DNA of 64,000 nucleotides. Origin: an uncultured Candidatus Sumerlaeota bacterium. GTDB lineage: Bacteria; CAYMEV01. The stretch lies in assembly GCA_964389675.1 (NCBI GenBank), contig CAYMEV010000003.1, positions 129,109 to 193,108 of the forward strand, given 5' to 3'. A program made the position numbers and the translations under genes. Shown here in pieces: positions 60,713 to 64,000 of this stretch (position 1 is the stretch's first letter; each line of letters opens with the position of its first letter). The notes under the pieces were generated by a model. That model was given only the letters and a program-made list of their open reading frames with translations. It was not told the origin of the DNA and made no database searches.

Positions 60713-62506
60713 ATGAAAAATATAAGGAATTTCAGTATCATCGCCCACATAGACCATGGCAAGTCAACACTTGCTGACCGGCTCATACAGAGTGATGCAC
60801 TGATAGAAAAAAGGCTTCTGAGGGACCAGGTCCTTGATAACAATGAAATAGAAAGGGAAAGGGGCATTACCATTAAAAGCCAGACCATCGCCCTTTACTA
60901 TTACCATAATGGCGAGAAATTTGTATTGAATCTCATTGACACACCTGGGCATGTTGATTTTTCCTATGAGGTGTCACGGGCCCTTGCTTCCTGCGAAGGG
61001 GTATTGCTTCTGGTAGATGCAAGCCAGGGGGTTGAAGCCCAGACCATTGCCACATTATACGGTGCTATGGAACAGGACCTTGAGATTATCCCTGTTATAA
61101 ACAAGATAGACCTTCCTTCCGCCAGTATAGATGCTGTAAAGGAGCAGATAGAGATAGACCTCGGCCTGGACTCGGATAAGGCTATATTATGTTCAGCCAA
61201 GGAGGGCACCGGCATTGAAGATGTTCTCGAGGCCATAGTTAAAGAGATCCCTCCGCCTGAAGGAGATGAATCAAACCCCCTTAAGGCCCTGATCTTCGAT
61301 GCATTCTATGACTCATTCAGGGGGGCTGTAGTAGTATGCAGAATATTTGACGGCACTATAGAGACAGGCGACAGGATCAGGATGATGCACAACAGATCGA
61401 CCTATACGGTTGAAGAGCTCGGGGTCTTCAGGCTTAACAAGGAGCCGAGGAAGAAACTGAATGCAGGTGAAGTAGGCTTTATCATAGCCAATATTAAAAG
61501 CCTCAGCGATACAAAGATAGGAGATACCATAACCCTTGAGCATAATCCAGCTGACAGGCCCCTGGCAGGCTTCAAGGAAGTTAAGCCGGTTGTTTTCTCA
61601 TCGATCTACCCTATTGAGAGCAGTGATTATAATTCCCTGTCAGACGCAATGCAGAAATATGTGCTTAATGATGCTTCACTCATATATCAGAAGGATTCAT
61701 CAATATCACTGGGACAGGGTTTCAGATGCGGGTTTCTGGGGCTCCTGCATATGGATATCGTGCAGGAAAGGCTTGAGAGAGAATATGGACAATCCATAAT
61801 ACTTACATCGCCCTCGATAAAGTACAGGTTTACGCTGGAAAATGGCGAACAGGCAATAATTGACAATCCTCAGCAGTACCCGGAAGAAACAAAGATCGCA
61901 AAAGCAGAGGAGCTTTTCTGCCGTGTCAGCATTATAATACCTGACAGGTATATGGGAAAGGTAATGGAGCTGTGCCTTGAGCACAGGGGGATCGAGCCTC
62001 AGTTCCAGTATCCCACACAGGGCAGGATAGAGCTAAGTTTCCGTATGCCCCTTGCTGAGATAATATATGATTTTTACGATAAGCTGAAAACCATCACTCA
62101 GGGTTACGGATCATTTGATTATGAAATAATTGATTACAGGGAAAGCAGTCTTGTAAAAATGGACATACTGCTGAACGGAGAAAAGATAGACGCCTTATCA
62201 CAGATAATCCATAAAGACAGGGCCAGGACAAGGGCCCTCCAGATATGCGAAAAGCTTAAAGAAGAGATCCCGAGGCATTTGTTCAAGATAGCCATACAGG
62301 GTGCAATAGGGGGCACCATAATTGCAAGGAGCACCATAAGCCCATTCCGCAAGGATGTTACAGCAAAGTGCTATGGAGGGGATATAACAAGGAAGAGAAA
62401 ACTCCTGGAAAAGCAGAAAAAGGGCAAGAAAAGAATGAAGATGGTAGGCTCGGTCTATGTCCCTCAGAGTGCTTTTATCTCTGTACTGAAAAGCGATAAT
62501 GAATGA
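60713..62506 (+). CDS. lepA: elongation factor 4
   Basis: IRNFSIIAHIDHGKSTLADR, ERERGITIK, DTPGHVDF, GFRCGFLGLLH, KCYGGDITRKRKLLEKQKKGKKRMK. Confidence 0.98.
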   Translation: MKNIRNFSIIAHIDHGKSTLADRLIQSDALIEKRLLRDQVLDNNEIERERGITIKSQTIALYYYHNGEKFVLNLIDTPGHVDFSYEVSRALASCEGVLLLVDASQGVEAQTIATLYGAMEQDLEIIPVINKIDLPSASIDAVKEQIEIDLGLDSDKAILCSAKEGTGIEDVLEAIVKEIPPPEGDESNPLKALIFDAFYDSFRGAVVVCRIFDGTIETGDRIRMMHNRSTYTVEELGVFRLNKEPRKKLNAGEVGFIIANIKSLSDTKIGDTITLEHNPADRPLAGFKEVKPVVFSSIYPIESSDYNSLSDAMQKYVLNDASLIYQKDSSISLGQGFRCGFLGLLHMDIVQERLEREYGQSIILTSPSIKYRFTLENGEQAIIDNPQQYPEETKIAKAEELFCRVSIIIPDRYMGKVMELCLEHRGIEPQFQYPTQGRIELSFRMPLAEIIYDFYDKLKTITQGYGSFDYEIIDYRESSLVKMDILLNGEKIDALSQIIHKDRARTRALQICEKLKEEIPRHLFKIAIQGAIGGTIIARSTISPFRKDVTAKCYGGDITRKRKLLEKQKKGKKRMKMVGSVYVPQSAFISVLKSDNE

Positions 62507-63617
62507 TCCTCCATATGGATTGTATATCCATGTCCCCTTCTGTTTAAGCAAATGCATCTACTGCAGTTTTTATTCAGTTACTGAAAGACACCTGATCGAA
62601 GAATATCTCAAAGCTCTCATAATTGAAATCCGGAAATACAGTAATACAGCTAAAAGAATAGATACGGTCTACCTGGGGGGCGGTACCCCTTCCGTCCTTG
62701 AAGCAGGGCAGATAAGCGTCATTTTTGATGCAATATACAGGTACTATGATGTTGAAGACGGTGCAGAGATAACAATAGAGGCTAATCCTCAGGATATTAC
62801 GAGGAACTTTGTCAGGGAGCTTGAACACCTGGGAATTAACAGGGTAAGTGTCGGAATTCAATCCTTCTTCGGAAAGGACCTGGAATTCCTGCACAGAAGG
62901 CATACTGCCGGAGAATCCTTTGAGAGCCTGGATATATTGCATAACAGCGGTATTGAGAAGATAAACGCAGATATAATATGGGGCCTGCCCGGACAGGATA
63001 CAGGACATACCATTGAAAACCTCAAAAGGGCAGCCTTATTTAAGCCATCGCATATATCAGCCTATGAACTGACATATTCTTCAGGCACCCCTCTTTTTGA
63101 AATGATGAAAGCCGGAAGGTTCAGCAAAATATCAGATCATGAAAAAGCTGATATCTATACAGCTGTTTCAGAATTCTTGACAGCTGAGGGGTATATTCAT
63201 TATGAAATATCCAATTTTTCCAGAAACACCAGTTCCTGTTCAAAGCATAATAAAAAGTACTGGGACCATATGCCTTATATTGGGCTTGGTCCTTCTGCCC
63301 ATTCATTTGATATGAAAAGGAGATGGTGGAACTATCCGGACATAAAAAAATACTGCAAAACTATAATAAATGGCAATTCCTCTGTGGAAGCATCAGAGAC
63401 CCTGACAGCCGGACAGATCAGGTCAGAAAGAATAATGCTCGGCTTCAGGACCATCGAAGGGGTCAGCCTTTCCATTATCAACAGACTGCCGGAAAGCAGA
63501 AAAATACTTGAAGATCTTAAAGAACAGGGGTTCATCAGGATAATGGGTGAAAAAGCCGTTCCAACACTAAAAGGGATGCTTATTGCTGATCATCTGGCAT
63601 CATTATTTGAAATCTGA
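62499..63617 (+). CDS. hemW: radical SAM heme chaperone (HemN-like)
   Basis: LYIHVPFCLSKCIYCSF (CxxxCxxC), GGGTPS, YEISNF, HNKKYW; follows lepA. Confidence 0.9.
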   Translation: MNDPPYGLYIHVPFCLSKCIYCSFYSVTERHLIEEYLKALIIEIRKYSNTAKRIDTVYLGGGTPSVLEAGQISVIFDAIYRYYDVEDGAEITIEANPQDITRNFVRELEHLGINRVSVGIQSFFGKDLEFLHRRHTAGESFESLDILHNSGIEKINADIIWGLPGQDTGHTIENLKRAALFKPSHISAYELTYSSGTPLFEMMKAGRFSKISDHEKADIYTAVSEFLTAEGYIHYEISNFSRNTSSCSKHNKKYWDHMPYIGLGPSAHSFDMKRRWWNYPDIKKYCKTIINGNSSVEASETLTAGQIRSERIMLGFRTIEGVSLSIINRLPESRKILEDLKEQGFIRIMGEKAVPTLKGMLIADHLASLFEI

Positions 63618-63622
63618 CCTGT

Positions 63623-64000
63623 TCAGGGCCTGATCAGGGCTTTTTCTATTTCGCCTATATAAAGCCTGTGATAATCACATCCCGGATAATTGTCCATTAT
63701 TGAGCCGTCAAGGAAATTCCCAGGTTCAATGTCCTGCCAGTAGATCTTTTTTGCAAGTATTACAGCTTCTGCTTCCAGGAAGTATATAAATCCAGGCTCC
63801 TTAAAAGCAGGGGTTAAACCTGGAATATTCATTTTATCTATATCCCTGCCTGATTTAGTCCCGCACAGGCTGAGCAGGTCCCTCTTTTCATCTCCAAGGA
63901 AGGAAAGCGTGAAATAATCATTCCTTTCCATGAACTTATAAGTATATCTCTCAGGCCTGACAAAAGCAATGCAGATGTCCCTGTTCCAGAGGACCCCGAA
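63623..64000 (-). CDS. flavin reductase-like FMN-binding protein, 5'-truncated by window edge
   Basis: The frame is open to the window end (FGVLWNRDICIAFVRPERYTYKFME...); CGTKSGRDIDK, YHRLYIGEI. Confidence 0.85.
   Translation of the reverse strand, partial: FGVLWNRDICIAFVRPERYTYKFMERNDYFTLSFLGDEKRDLLSLCGTKSGRDIDKMNIPGLTPAFKEPGFIYFLEAEAVILAKKIYWQDIEPGNFLDGSIMDNYPGCDYHRLYIGEIEKALIRP

Noticed and set aside
60713-63617. lepA-hemW adjacency
   Set aside because: Common conserved gene order.
1-64000. tRNA, rRNA, CRISPR arrays, IS elements, prophage genes
   Set aside because: None was seen on reading the intergenic regions and ORFs; small or degenerate elements could be missed without a covariance or HMM search.

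Overview
This is a 64 kb chromosomal window from a probably diderm bacterium (outer-membrane beta-barrel, alpha-2-macroglobulin/PbpC), likely a draft or metagenome assembly with one 10-N gap at 13294-13303. I found no rRNA, tRNA, CRISPR array, integrase or transposase. Housekeeping and envelope genes include pckA, lepA-hemW, pyrD, ftcD, pbpC with alpha-2-macroglobulin, a DmeF-like CDF transporter, glycosyltransferases, an LTA-synthase-like enzyme, an epimerase and three secreted proteases. The best candidate for an undescribed system is a tightly packed + strand cluster at about 44.3-51.9 kb. It holds an orphan GlmL/MutL-type ASKHA ATPase with no B12 mutase nearby, a barrel-sandwich/KOW protein and four membrane proteins, two of which look like distant homologues with opposite topology. 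Also notable: an in-frame HEAT-repeat::PEP carboxykinase fusion that the ORF track truncates; two tandem-cyclase-STAND-TPR paralogues with different specificity residues; a Dna2-like nuclease-helicase lacking most Fe-S cysteines; tandem GT-C paralogues sharing a near-identical 557 bp 3' end; and a 2.1 kb AT-rich methyltransferase islet bounded by a ~36 bp direct repeat. All family assignments come from motif recognition by eye, not from database searches.
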